Shown: in pieces, positions 38,737 through 48,327 of the stretch | Layout of the letters: every line of letters starts with the position of its first letter | Numbering within the stretch: the first letter of the stretch is position 1 | DNA from: Abditibacterium sp. | Lineage (GTDB): Bacteria; Armatimonadota; Abditibacteriia; Abditibacteriales; Abditibacteriaceae | Direction: 5' to 3' | Assembly (NCBI GenBank): GCA_965199495.1 | Contig: CBDASK010000003.1 | Coordinates: forward strand, 2,368,001-2,432,000 | Length of the DNA: 64,000 nt | Made by a program: the position numbers and the translations under genes | The notes under the pieces: model-generated | What the model saw: the letters and a program-made list of their open reading frames with translations, nothing else | Told to the model about the DNA's origin: nothing | The model's database searches: none

Positions 38737-39756
38737 TTATTGCTGAAACATCTGCGCCAATGGCTCGCGAATTTTCGCCCAACTCGCGGGCCACTGCGTG
38801 TAATCATCAACGGGCGCTTTGACCAGAAACCCGAAATCTTCGCCACCGCTTTTCCAATTCGCCGGTTTATCCAACGCGCGCAACGAAAACACGCCCGGCA
38901 TTCCGGCAACCAAATCGGCCTCGCCCTGTTTACTGACAATCGCGTCGAATAATTTGCGCGCGTTTTCGGGATTGGGCGCGCCCTTAACCAGAGCCACGGC
39001 GCCCGGCACGATGACGTTATCGGTTTGAGTTTTCGCCGCGAAAATCGGTTTGCCGCGTTTTTTCTGCCCCAGATAATCGTCGGTATCCGTCCAACCGAAC
39101 TGTAAATCGCCGTCAGCGACGGCGCGCGCGACATCGCCGTTGCCGGGCAAAATCCGAACTTTGGCCGCTTTGAGTTCACGATACCACATCAGTGTTCGGT
39201 TTGGTTCGCGCGCATAAAGCGCGGTGGCTTCATCGCTGGCGGTGCCAAATTGCGGGTTAGAGTGTGCGGTAGCGAGACCTTTGGGAATAAGAACCAAACG
39301 ATCAAGAGAGAAGGCAGTGTCGGAGCTATTTGCCACCAAAACGCGCGCCCGCGTGCCGACGCCCGCCCAACCGACGCCGCGAAAACGCGGCGCCAAATCG
39401 CGCGCGGCGGGCGAATCGTAGGGTTCCAATAAGCCGTCTTGGCTCAGTAGCAGCGTTTGCAACAGCGCCGAAGTCCATAAAACATCGGCGCGCGGACGCG
39501 ATTTTTCGGCCCGAATCCGTGTCGTCAAACCGGCGGTTTTGGTGGACTCGGTATCGAACAACGGCACGATGTCCAAACCGGTGCGCTTTTTCAATTTTTC
39601 GATTAAAGGTTTAGCGAACACATCGTCAATCGAACAATAAAGCACGACGCGCTTAGATTTGGGCACATCGGCGGTTTGAGTTGGCGTCGAAGTTTTGGAA
39701 GCGCAACCGCTTAGCAATGATGCGCCAAGCAAACAGGGAATCACGAAAATCTTCAT
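38737..39756 (-). CDS. ABC transporter substrate-binding lipoprotein (Fe3+/thiamine-like)
   Basis: Lipobox LSGC; AEKSRPRADVLW, WTDTDD, ALVKGAPNPENA. Confidence 0.82.
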   Translation of the reverse strand: MKIFVIPCLLGASLLSGCASKTSTPTQTADVPKSKRVVLYCSIDDVFAKPLIEKLKKRTGLDIVPLFDTESTKTAGLTTRIRAEKSRPRADVLWTSALLQTLLLSQDGLLEPYDSPAARDLAPRFRGVGWAGVGTRARVLVANSSDTAFSLDRLVLIPKGLATAHSNPQFGTASDEATALYAREPNRTLMWYRELKAAKVRILPGNGDVARAVADGDLQFGWTDTDDYLGQKKRGKPIFAAKTQTDNVIVPGAVALVKGAPNPENARKLFDAIVSKQGEADLVAGMPGVFSLRALDKPANWKSGGEDFGFLVKAPVDDYTQWPASWAKIREPLAQMFQQ

Positions 39757-39771
39757 GGTGATTTCAGTTTC

Positions 39772-40170
39772 TCACGCCAAACATTCGCGATAAATCGCGG
39801 GCACGCGCGTGGGTTTCCACTCGCGATTCAAAAACGCGATGGTCTGGCGCGCGCGTAAAATCGTGACGCCATCGCAGTCGCGCGTGATTTCGTGCGACAC
39901 GGTCGCCGTGGCTCCCTTCCATTCGCTGACCCAGGTTTTTAAAGTCAGCGCCTCTTCGTGGCGCGCGAAATTGAGATAATCGGCCTCGACGCGCCGCACA
40001 ATCGCCATAATTCCGTTTTCGCGCCACGTTTTCTCGACCGGCAAACCGGCGGCATGGAGCAACGCATAGCGCCCGCGTTCGAGAAATTCGAGATAGCGCG
40101 TGTTGGAAACCACACCGCCGAAATCGGTCTCGAAGGCGTGAACCAAAATGGGAAGAGTGACGGAATTCAT
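39772..40170 (-). CDS. 4HBT/YbgC-like acyl-CoA thioesterase
   Basis: ETDFGGVVSNTRYLEFLERGR hotdog motif. Confidence 0.88.
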   Translation of the reverse strand: MNSVTLPILVHAFETDFGGVVSNTRYLEFLERGRYALLHAAGLPVEKTWRENGIMAIVRRVEADYLNFARHEEALTLKTWVSEWKGATATVSHEITRDCDGVTILRARQTIAFLNREWKPTRVPAIYRECLA

Positions 40171-42908
40171 AGCGCCGCCAATCGCCCCTGCGCGTTTTCA
40201 ATTGTCGCCGCCAATTCGGCGCGTTTGGCTTCTTCTTTGGCCACGACTTCGGCGGGCGCTTTGTCGGTGAAACCCGTGTTGCCCAGTTTCGCCGTGACTT
40301 TCGCCAAATCTTTGCGCGCGGTTTCCAATTGCTTTTCCAACTTCGCGCGCTCTTTTTCGACATCAATCAAACCTTCGAGCGGCAGCCAAATCTCGACTTC
40401 GGGCAAAGTCGCCGACAACGCATTGTCGGGGCGCGGCGCGTTGTTGTCCATAATCGAAGCCGTTTCCAGACGCGCCATTTCGGTCATGTAATTTTCGCCC
40501 TCACGCAAAGTGCGCGCGGCTTCGTCGGTAAGAGCGATAAACGTCACGTTCAAACGCTTGCCGGGCGCGATGTCGGCGCTCGCGCGCAGGTTGCGCGTGG
40601 CGCGAATCGTCTCTTGAATTAAGGCAAATTCGCGCTCGACGTTAGCAGCCACGGCGCCCGCGACGGGCCAATCGGCGCGCGCCAACAATCCGTTTGTGCC
40701 GGGCAATTGCGCCCAGATTTCTTCCGACAAAAACGGCATGAACGGATGCAACAAGCACAACGATTGCTCTGTAACGTGCGCCAGAAAGGCGGCGTGGCTG
40801 CTATCGCCTTCGCGCAGTTTGGGCTTGGAAACTTCCAGAAACCAATCGCACAGATCGTTCCAGATGAACGAATATAAAGTCGAAGCCGCGCTCTCGAATT
40901 CGTAATTATCGAACGCGCGCGTTACTTCGGCGATGGTTGTGTTCAGGCGCGACACAATCCAGCGCGAGGCCAAATCGGTCGGCATTTCGCCATTGAATGC
41001 GCGCGGCTCGAAACTGAGAACGAAGCGCGCGGCGTTCCAGATTTTGTTGGCGAAGTTGCGCGCCGATTGCATCTGCGGATAACGCTCGGTCGGTTTGCCG
41101 TCTTCGCTCGTCCATTCCAATGGCAACGGTTGCGGGTCGGCGCGGTGTTTTTCCGTCCAATCGCGCACGAATTTTTCGCCCAATTTCGTCATCGCGCCGT
41201 CCAAAAACCGCGTGTCTTGCGCGCCGCCCGCCAGTTGCAACAAACCGAAACGCGTGGCGTCGGCGCCGTAAGTTTCGATGAGTTCGAGCGGGTCAATGCC
41301 CGTGCCCGAACTTTTGCTCATGCGGCGCCCGAAGGTATCCTGAATCGTGGGATGCACAAAAACCTGACGAAACGGAATTTCCGGTTGGCCCGCATCGGTT
41401 TCGATGCAATCCAGACTCGTCGCGATCATGCGCGAAACCCACAGATGCAGAATATCGCGCCCGGTAATCAAAACTGAGGTCGGGTAAAATTGGCGCTGCA
41501 AATCGTCGGGCCAGCCCAACACGGCGAACGGCCACAACGCCGACGAAAACCATGTATCCAAAACATCTTCGTCCTGCGCCCAACCTTCGCCCGCAATCGG
41601 TTCGAGCGAGCAAACGGTTTCGCCGTTTGGCCCATACCAAATCGGGATGCGATGGCCCCACCACAACTGCCGCGAAATGCACCAATCGCGAATGTTATCG
41701 AGCCAATCCAAACTCGTATCGGCGAAGCGCGGTGGCACATATTCCACGCGATTCATCCGAATCGCATCAGCCACGGGCCGCGCCAACTCTTTCATCGCGA
41801 CAAACCATTGCTCGCTCAAAAGCGGCTCGATAACAACGCCGGTGCGCGAACAGTGCGGCACGGTGTGGGTAATCGGCTCGATTTTCTCGACGAGATTCTG
41901 CGCGCGTAAATCTTCGACAACGCGGCGGCGCGCTTCGGCAGTTTTGAGTCCGGCATAGGCGCCGCCGTTTTCGGTAATTTCGTCGTGAAAACCGATGACC
42001 GAAACCATCGCCAAACCGTGGCGCTGGCCGATTTCGTAATCGTTGACATCGTGCGCGGGCGTCACTTTAAGCGCGCCGGTGCCAAATTCCGACGCGACAT
42101 ATTCATCGAAAATAATGGGAATCGGGCGATTCATCAACGGCAAAATCACGTTCTTCCCGCGCAAATGCGCGTAACGCGCATCATCGGGATGAACAGCCAC
42201 GGCGGTGTCGCCCATCATGGTTTCGGGGCGCGTCGTGGCGACGGTGACGAATTCGCCGGGCGCATTTTCGACCGGATATTTGATATACGTCAGCGTGCCG
42301 CTCACTTCGCGCGGCTCGATTTCCTGATCCGAAATCATCGTCTGCGCGCCGCTCGACCAGTTGCCCAAACGCGTGCCGCGATAAATCAAACCGCGCTCAA
42401 ACCAGTCTTTGAAAACGGTTAAAACCGCTTGGACGTAATTTTCGTCCATCGTGAAACGCTCGCGCTCCCAATCGTAGGAACAACCGAGCGCGTGCATCTG
42501 CTCGATAATTGTGGCGCCGTATTGATTTTTCCAATCGTAAACGCGCGCGACGAATTCCTCGCGGCCCAACTCTTGGCGCGAGGTGCCTTGATTGCGCAGC
42601 AACGTTTCGACTTTGACCTGCGTGGCGATGCCCGCGTGATCGGTGCCGGGCACGACCAAAGTCGGCTCGCCCTTCATGCGATGATAGCGCGCCAGACAAT
42701 CGTGAATCGCGTGTTGGAGGGCGTGGCCCAGATGCAAAACGCCCGTCACATTGGGCGGCGGAATCGTCACCACAAACGGTGGCTGGTTCGTCGTGGCTGC
42801 ATCGGCGGGCTGGCCGATTTTTTCTTCGAGCCAGATTTGGCTCCACTTGGTTTCGACGGGTTGCGGATCGAAGGCCGTGGCCATCGCGCTGGTATTTTCG
42901 GCGGACAT
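40167..42908 (-). CDS. valS: Valine--tRNA ligase
   Basis: PPPNVTGVLHLGHA, GTDHAGIATQ, ATTRPET, DWCISRQLWWGH, RMSKS, C-terminal coiled coil. Confidence 0.97.
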   Translation of the reverse strand: MSAENTSAMATAFDPQPVETKWSQIWLEEKIGQPADAATTNQPPFVVTIPPPNVTGVLHLGHALQHAIHDCLARYHRMKGEPTLVVPGTDHAGIATQVKVETLLRNQGTSRQELGREEFVARVYDWKNQYGATIIEQMHALGCSYDWERERFTMDENYVQAVLTVFKDWFERGLIYRGTRLGNWSSGAQTMISDQEIEPREVSGTLTYIKYPVENAPGEFVTVATTRPETMMGDTAVAVHPDDARYAHLRGKNVILPLMNRPIPIIFDEYVASEFGTGALKVTPAHDVNDYEIGQRHGLAMVSVIGFHDEITENGGAYAGLKTAEARRRVVEDLRAQNLVEKIEPITHTVPHCSRTGVVIEPLLSEQWFVAMKELARPVADAIRMNRVEYVPPRFADTSLDWLDNIRDWCISRQLWWGHRIPIWYGPNGETVCSLEPIAGEGWAQDEDVLDTWFSSALWPFAVLGWPDDLQRQFYPTSVLITGRDILHLWVSRMIATSLDCIETDAGQPEIPFRQVFVHPTIQDTFGRRMSKSSGTGIDPLELIETYGADATRFGLLQLAGGAQDTRFLDGAMTKLGEKFVRDWTEKHRADPQPLPLEWTSEDGKPTERYPQMQSARNFANKIWNAARFVLSFEPRAFNGEMPTDLASRWIVSRLNTTIAEVTRAFDNYEFESAASTLYSFIWNDLCDWFLEVSKPKLREGDSSHAAFLAHVTEQSLCLLHPFMPFLSEEIWAQLPGTNGLLARADWPVAGAVAANVEREFALIQETIRATRNLRASADIAPGKRLNVTFIALTDEAARTLREGENYMTEMARLETASIMDNNAPRPDNALSATLPEVEIWLPLEGLIDVEKERAKLEKQLETARKDLAKVTAKLGNTGFTDKAPAEVVAKEEAKRAELAATIENAQGRLAAL

Positions 42909-42959
42909 AATGTGCGCTAAAAGTCTAACGGGCGCGCGCATTTGGTTTCGTGCCTAAAA

Positions 42960-43070
42960 ATCACGTTTTGTGGACACGTCGAATTATCATGCACAGATAG
43001 CGCGCATTTCGTGATCACGTTTTGTGGACGTGGGCACAAAACCGCGCTTTCTTACTCACGTTTTATGAGC
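42960..43070. repeat. Three direct repeats upstream of valS
   Basis: ATCACGTTTTGTGGAC at 42960 and 43014; CTCACGTTTTATGAGC at 43055. Confidence 0.6.
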
Positions 43071-43093
43071 AATAATCTCAATTATGATTGCTT

Positions 43094-43217
43094 AAAAAAC
43101 GTCACGCAGAGACCGCAAAGCCGCAGAGAAATCAAAAATTAAAGATTAAGAGAATAGAGACTCATTCAAAAATATTCGTTCTCTCTGCGCACCAACGTTC
43201 TCTGCGTGACGTTTTTT
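43094..43217. repeat. Degenerate palindrome, CACGCAGAG family
   Basis: AAAAAACGTCACGCAGAGA...TCTCTGCGTGACGTTTTTT. Confidence 0.7.
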
Positions 43218-43298
43218 CTATCGAAATCGCGTTATCAAGTCAAAGATTTCTGCGCTATCAAATGTTGTTTTGAGCCGGGTATTCTCTTGAGCGAGAAC

Positions 43299-44108
43299 TT
43301 ATTTCGCTAAAGCCACGCGCGTATTGGTGGATGTCGAAGGTTTCCAGTTGCGCGCCATATCGCGCTCGAAATACAATTGCACGCGCGCCAGCATAATTCC
43401 GTTATTATACGTCCAAATTGCGGTTTGTCCGCCGTCAATCGGCGTTTTGTCGGTGTAAGTCAACACCGGTTTGCCGTCCATCGAAGCGATGATCTGGTCG
43501 CCGACTTTGTCCAAACGCGCATACCACCAGCGGCGATGAATGTTATCGTTGTCGGGTTTGCCATCGGTGAGGCTCGGCAAAAGTGCTTCGGGTTTTTCGC
43601 TGCGCGCCACGACCTCGCCGTCTTTCATCAACAGCGAGCAGGTATTATCTTGCGCGCCCGCAATAAACACATAACCCGAACCCAGATTGGTGCCATCGCC
43701 GCAAATCGTCAAGGCGACGTTCGATGGATATTCCGGCCACTGCGGAACATTGAGTCCCATTTTAAACGCGAAATACATCTGCGCCGATTGGTCGCCGCCG
43801 ACTTTGCGCTTGTTCCAGATCGCCGCGACTTCGTCGGAGCGTCCGCCAAACCAGCTCCAGCCGGGCGAACAGCTCCAGCGATTGGTCATTTCCCACACGC
43901 CCGCCGCCACGCGCCAATCCACCGGCGCCGTCGAAAAGGTGTAATCGTAAACGTGTTTGGAATTGACCGAAACATCTTTTAAATCGAACGACGCGCCCGA
44001 CAACGCCAACGTCGGCGCTTTACCAGTTGGCAACGCGGCAGGCACAGTCGTCGGAGAAGCCACGGCGGCGGTGGCTGTTAGAATCGGAAGCAGAAAAAGA
44101 GCGCGCAT
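43299..44108 (-). CDS. Exported hypothetical protein (lectin/ConA-like beta-sandwich possible)
   Basis: Signal peptide; Trp-rich, beta-rich sequence. Confidence 0.6.
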   Translation of the reverse strand: MRALFLLPILTATAAVASPTTVPAALPTGKAPTLALSGASFDLKDVSVNSKHVYDYTFSTAPVDWRVAAGVWEMTNRWSCSPGWSWFGGRSDEVAAIWNKRKVGGDQSAQMYFAFKMGLNVPQWPEYPSNVALTICGDGTNLGSGYVFIAGAQDNTCSLLMKDGEVVARSEKPEALLPSLTDGKPDNDNIHRRWWYARLDKVGDQIIASMDGKPVLTYTDKTPIDGGQTAIWTYNNGIMLARVQLYFERDMARNWKPSTSTNTRVALAK

Positions 44109-44132
44109 AGTGAAAGCGAGGCGAAAAACGCA

Positions 44133-44168
44133 AAAACCCGCCGCACTTTTGGAAGCGCGGCGGGCCTT
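44133..44168 (-). terminator. Terminator after the ferredoxins
   Basis: AAAACCCGCCGC...GCGGCGGG hairpin with T run on the minus strand. Confidence 0.6.
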
Positions 44169-44193
44169 GAGGTTTCGTCTTCAATGTGACGAA

Positions 44194-44439
44194 TTATTTG
44201 CCTTCAAAGAAGTCGGCGTTGATTTTCTCGTATTGCTTCCACTGCGCGGGCAGAGCGGAATCGTCGTAAATCGCCTCGACCGGACATTCCGGTTCGCAGG
44301 CGCCGCACGAGATGCACTCGTCGGGGTTGATATACATCTGCGGCGAATCGTCTTCGCCGTGAATGCAATCCACGGGACACACGTCCACGCACGCTTTGTC
44401 TTTGACGCCAATGCAGGGTTCTGCGATGATATAAGCCAT
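44194..44439 (-). CDS. 7Fe-type dicluster ferredoxin
   Basis: CIGVKDKACVDVCPVDCI and CISCGACEPECP. Confidence 0.92.
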   Translation of the reverse strand: MAYIIAEPCIGVKDKACVDVCPVDCIHGEDDSPQMYINPDECISCGACEPECPVEAIYDDSALPAQWKQYEKINADFFEGK

Positions 44440-44561
44440 AGTTTAGTTTTCCTTTTCGCTTGATTTTTCAGCGAACTAACACTTACCAATATAAAACCAA
44501 ACGCGCGCTTTGTCCAAAAGTAATTCTCAATGGATGTTATTGAGTTTTCGGATGATGAGAT

Positions 44562-44801
44562 TCACCGGAAGAAATCGGCGTTGATTTTCTCATATTTTTC
44601 CCATTCGACGGGCAATTCGCCCGGCTCCACAATCGCGCCGACGGGACAAACCGGCTCGCACATTCCGCAATCGATGCACCCGTCGGGATTGATGTAGAAT
44701 TGCGGCGCGTTTTCGTCGCTGGCAATGCAATCCACAGGGCAGACTTCGACGCACGCGCCATCTTTGACGCCGATACACGGCTGGGCAATAACGTAAGGCA
44801 T
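44562..44801 (-). CDS. 7Fe-type dicluster ferredoxin (paralog)
   Basis: CIGVKDGACVEVCPVDCI and CIDCGMCEPVCP. Confidence 0.92.
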   Translation of the reverse strand: MPYVIAQPCIGVKDGACVEVCPVDCIASDENAPQFYINPDGCIDCGMCEPVCPVGAIVEPGELPVEWEKYEKINADFFR

Positions 44802-44938
44802 AACTCTTTAAATTTTGCGCTATGGGCACTGTAAAGTCCAAGACGCAACTTCAATTCGGGCGATTGATGCGAGCTTAATCAACGCGATTGGAATTATCTA
44901 TCGCGAGTTGGAGGCGCGAAGCGTTAGAATTAACACCA

Positions 44939-45826
44939 ATGGAACTTCGACATTTGCGCTACTTTTTAGCCGTCGCCGACGCCGCGCACTTCACGCGCGC
45001 GGCGCAAAAATTGTGGGTTTCGCAGCCGACATTATCCCAACAAATCAAGCAATTGGAAGAAGAGTTGGGCGCGCCGCTTTTTCATCGCGGCGCGGGCGGC
45101 GTACAACTGACGGCGGCGGGCGAAAAGTTTCGGCCCTACGCCGAGCGCGTGTTGCACGAAATGGAAGAGGCCGTGGCTGCCATCGGCGGCGACGAAGCCG
45201 CGCCCGGCGAATCGTTGCACATTGGCGCGTTGCAGGGCGTCGCCGATTATCTGTTGCCCGCCGTTGTGGCTCGCGCGGTTGTCGAATCGAAACTGGAAAT
45301 CCGCGTTTCGACGTTTAGCGCCGACGAACTGGCTGCGATGATCAAAGACGGCGCGCTCGATTTGGCGATTGGCGATTTATCCCAAAGCAGCCACGGCGAG
45401 CCTTTGTTCGACGAAGATTTGATTTTGTGGACGCCGCCGTCGCATCGCTTGAGCGGCGCGCGCGCGCGCTTCGGCGATTTGGAAAACGTGCCGCTTTTTT
45501 GCATCGGCGCGCCTTCGCCGCTCCGCGAACTGTTGGACGATGGCGCGCAGCGCGCCGGAATTACCCTCCGCGCGGTCGGCGAATTCGCCAGTCTGGGCGC
45601 CGTGGCTGCTGCCGCGCAGATGGCGAAAGTGCCCGCGATTTTGCCCGCGCCGATGCTACGCTCGTTTTCGCACGCGCAAGGTTGGAACGCCGTCGCGCTG
45701 ACCAACCCGCGCCCGCACCGCACGATTGCGCTGTTGCGCCCGAAAAGTCGCAACGAAAACCCGGCGTCGCGGGTTTTGGTCGCGCATTTAAACGCCGTCG
45801 TGGGCGAATTGTTGAAGCCGGAGTGA
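44939..45826 (+). CDS. LysR-family regulator
   Basis: MELRHLRYFLAVA...FTRAA..L.VSQPTLSQQIKQLE. Confidence 0.93.
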   Translation: MELRHLRYFLAVADAAHFTRAAQKLWVSQPTLSQQIKQLEEELGAPLFHRGAGGVQLTAAGEKFRPYAERVLHEMEEAVAAIGGDEAAPGESLHIGALQGVADYLLPAVVARAVVESKLEIRVSTFSADELAAMIKDGALDLAIGDLSQSSHGEPLFDEDLILWTPPSHRLSGARARFGDLENVPLFCIGAPSPLRELLDDGAQRAGITLRAVGEFASLGAVAAAAQMAKVPAILPAPMLRSFSHAQGWNAVALTNPRPHRTIALLRPKSRNENPASRVLVAHLNAVVGELLKPE

Positions 45827-45829
45827 AAG

Positions 45830-46567
45830 TTAATCGAGTTTGTCGAGAACGTGAGTTTCAAACCAACGCGGCGGAGACTGGGTTTTCAAATCGGACAATT
45901 GCCCGTTATCGAACTCGGCGACAAATTCGAGTTTGCGACCAGAGTTATCGAAACAGAGGCGCGATTAGCGACGGTTATTGCGTCGAAAAGCAGGCCCAGA
46001 GAACGATAATAACGCGCGATGATTTTGTCGGTGGGAACATCGTGGCCGCCTTTGCGCACGCGTCGGGCGACGCGGTCGATGTTGATCTCAGTCTCTTGAG
46101 TTGCGACGAAATAAAGGTAAGTGCGAAAGCCTGAATTTCGCGCGTCTCTGCAAGAAGTCAACTTTGTCGGGCGAACTCATCACGGTCTCGAAAGTGAAAG
46201 AGCGATGCTGTGCCACGAACTTACGGCGCACGAAATCGGCGATGACCGAGGCGAAATAAGAATTGATTTCGTCGCGGGCGAAGTAAAGTCGGTTTTCTCG
46301 AAACGGGAGATCGCTCGCTCGTTCGAGCAAGTTGGCCTTGTCCAGGAGCGTGGAACCAGAGAAAAAGTCGCGCACTTCCATTTCCTCGACCGCAAGTTGC
46401 CAATTCGTAAAATCGAAGTAACCTTCGGTGCGAATAGAGGCTTCGATATCGTCGGCATTGAGATAATTTTCTAACAGACCGGGACGCAGCATCGCTTTCG
46501 CCGTGCTTTTTCCCGAACCGTTTGGCCCGGCTATCATGCGCAAACGCGGCGTTTCAAGCGCGGTCAC
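45830..46567 (-). pseudogene. Zeta-toxin-like P-loop kinase disrupted by two compensating frameshifts
   Basis: IAGPNGSGKST...FETVMS in one frame; GFRTYLYFV...RVRKGGHDVP..KI..RY.RS in a second frame; FDNSG...stop at 45830 back in the first frame. Confidence 0.75.
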
Positions 46568-46788
46568 GAGATTTCTGCCTTGCGCCCAATTTGGTTTCTG
46601 GGTTCGAGTCTTTTCACAACGCGTTTGCTTCCATCGGGAAATTGCTCGATAAGCTCGTCGCCCTCGACCTGCAACACGCTTTCGCCATCGGCCAGCGCGT
46701 CGTTATAGGCGACGGTAATCGCCGCCGCCATTAAATCAGGAATTTGCTGCTCCAGAAAATCGAGTGTTTTGTCATCCAGTTTTTTCAC
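46564..46788 (-). CDS. Small hypothetical protein coupled to the zeta-like gene (putative antitoxin or partner)
   Basis: 74 aa; start overlaps the dop stop and stop overlaps the kinase start. Confidence 0.6.
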   Translation of the reverse strand: MKKLDDKTLDFLEQQIPDLMAAAITVAYNDALADGESVLQVEGDELIEQFPDGSKRVVKRLEPRNQIGRKAEIS

Positions 46789-48287
46789 GATTCATCTCCC
46801 GCGATAATCTCGCCCGCCGCGCGCAAGTTCGGCGCATCGGCCAAGCGAGCAGCCACGGCGACGAAGTCGGCGTTTTCGGGCAGCACGAAACGAAAGCCGC
46901 CCTGCGCATCTTCGCCCTCGACGGCGCCCCACGAAATCGATTTGATTTCCGAATTAAACCGCGTCAACGCGCCGCGCAAAAGCGCGCGCGAAGTCGTCGG
47001 CGCCTGCGTTCTAGCGGTTTCGATTTCTTCGTCGGAAACCAAACGTCGCATCGCGCCCGCTTCGACCAAAGCGTGATACAAACCTTCTTCGGGATCAACG
47101 TTGGAATAGGCCAAATCCAAACTTTGCAGAAACGTTTGGTCATCTTTCCAGCTTAATTCTTCGGATTCGACGAACTGATCTAACAACGATTTTTTCGCTA
47201 CCCAATCGCAGCGGTCGGCCATTTCCATCGGGTCGCGTTCGAGCGTGTCCAAAGCCTCGGCCCATTCGCCCAGAACCCATTCGGAACCGGGCAAATTCAA
47301 TTCGCAAACGCCTTTCAAATAAGCGCGCTGAACGTCAATGGCGCTGACAGAATCGCCCGATTTGGTTTCGATTTGCCAATTATAAGATTGGTCGCGCGAA
47401 ATCTGCTTGATCGCTTTGACTGGATCGCACAGTTCAATCGGGCAGTTCCAGCCGCTTTCGATGAGCGCGGCGACCAAATTGGTGGTGCCGCCGCGCAAGG
47501 CAATCGCCCATTCGCTCAAATTGGCGTCGCCCGCGATGACGTGCAAACGGCGAAAGCGCCGCGCGTCGCCGTGTGGTTCATCGCGCGTGTTGACGAGCGG
47601 ACGATTGCTCAAAGTGTCAACCGATTGCAAAACCTGAAAGAAATCGGCGCGCTGCGACAATTGATAATCGCATTCGACGCCGCGCTCTTCGCAGCCGACT
47701 TTACCGGTGCCGCAGAAGATGATGCGCGTCGCCAGAAACGGCGCCAGATTGCGCGTCACGTCTTCCCAACTGACGTTGCGCTGAATCAGATAGCTCTCGT
47801 GCGAGCCATACGACGCGCCATGAAAATCGGTGTTGTTTTTCCAAATCTCAACTTTCTTGCCGCATTTCTCGCTATACAATTGCGCGCACTGCAAAACGAT
47901 GCGCTCGCCCGCTTTATCGTGCGCCACCAGCGCGCGCAAATCGCCACATTCGGGCGTGGCGTATTCGGGATGGCCGTGATCGTTATATAAGCGCGCGCCA
48001 TTCGTCAAAACGTGGTCGCAGCGATCTTCCTGGGGCGAATGGGCGCGCTCGCCGGGTCGGTCGAATTGGGCGTCCACGGTGTCAACGGTTAATTTGTCAA
48101 CGTGAAAACCGCGCTGATCGTTGCGCGGGTCTTCGGCGCGATAGTTCCACGGAGCGGCGAAGGGCAACCCGGTTTCGTCGTAGGCTTTGACGACTTCGCG
48201 CGAGGCTTTAATTAAATCGGAGGCGTCGCCGCCTTCTATGGTGATGCCGTATTCGGTCTCGAACCCGAAAAAGGGATTAAAATTCAT
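46785..48287 (-). CDS. dop: Pup deamidase/depupylase Dop (PafA2 family)
   Basis: GFETEYGI, Dop-loop-like WNYRAEDPRNDQRGF, NGARLYNDHGHPEY, KNNTD..G.SYGSHE, RPLVNTRDEPH, RLHVIAGDAN. Confidence 0.88.
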   Translation of the reverse strand: MNFNPFFGFETEYGITIEGGDASDLIKASREVVKAYDETGLPFAAPWNYRAEDPRNDQRGFHVDKLTVDTVDAQFDRPGERAHSPQEDRCDHVLTNGARLYNDHGHPEYATPECGDLRALVAHDKAGERIVLQCAQLYSEKCGKKVEIWKNNTDFHGASYGSHESYLIQRNVSWEDVTRNLAPFLATRIIFCGTGKVGCEERGVECDYQLSQRADFFQVLQSVDTLSNRPLVNTRDEPHGDARRFRRLHVIAGDANLSEWAIALRGGTTNLVAALIESGWNCPIELCDPVKAIKQISRDQSYNWQIETKSGDSVSAIDVQRAYLKGVCELNLPGSEWVLGEWAEALDTLERDPMEMADRCDWVAKKSLLDQFVESEELSWKDDQTFLQSLDLAYSNVDPEEGLYHALVEAGAMRRLVSDEEIETARTQAPTTSRALLRGALTRFNSEIKSISWGAVEGEDAQGGFRFVLPENADFVAVAARLADAPNLRAAGEIIAGDES

Positions 48288-48327
48288 GTGCGCACAGGGG
48301 ACGCGCGCGCGGGTTCGCGGTTGCGCG

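Noticed and set aside
42960..43070. CRISPR array or DnaA-box cluster
   Set aside because: Repeats are only 16 bp with uneven spacing and no cas genes; TGTGGAC.. differs from the DnaA consensus at 2-3 positions.
42910..43290. T-box leader for valS
   Set aside because: No GGTGGNACCGCG T-box consensus on the minus strand.
46564..46788. 74-aa ORF after dop as Pup/UBact
   Set aside because: It ends in KAEIS rather than GG[EQ] or R.G[EQ], and looks folded rather than disordered.
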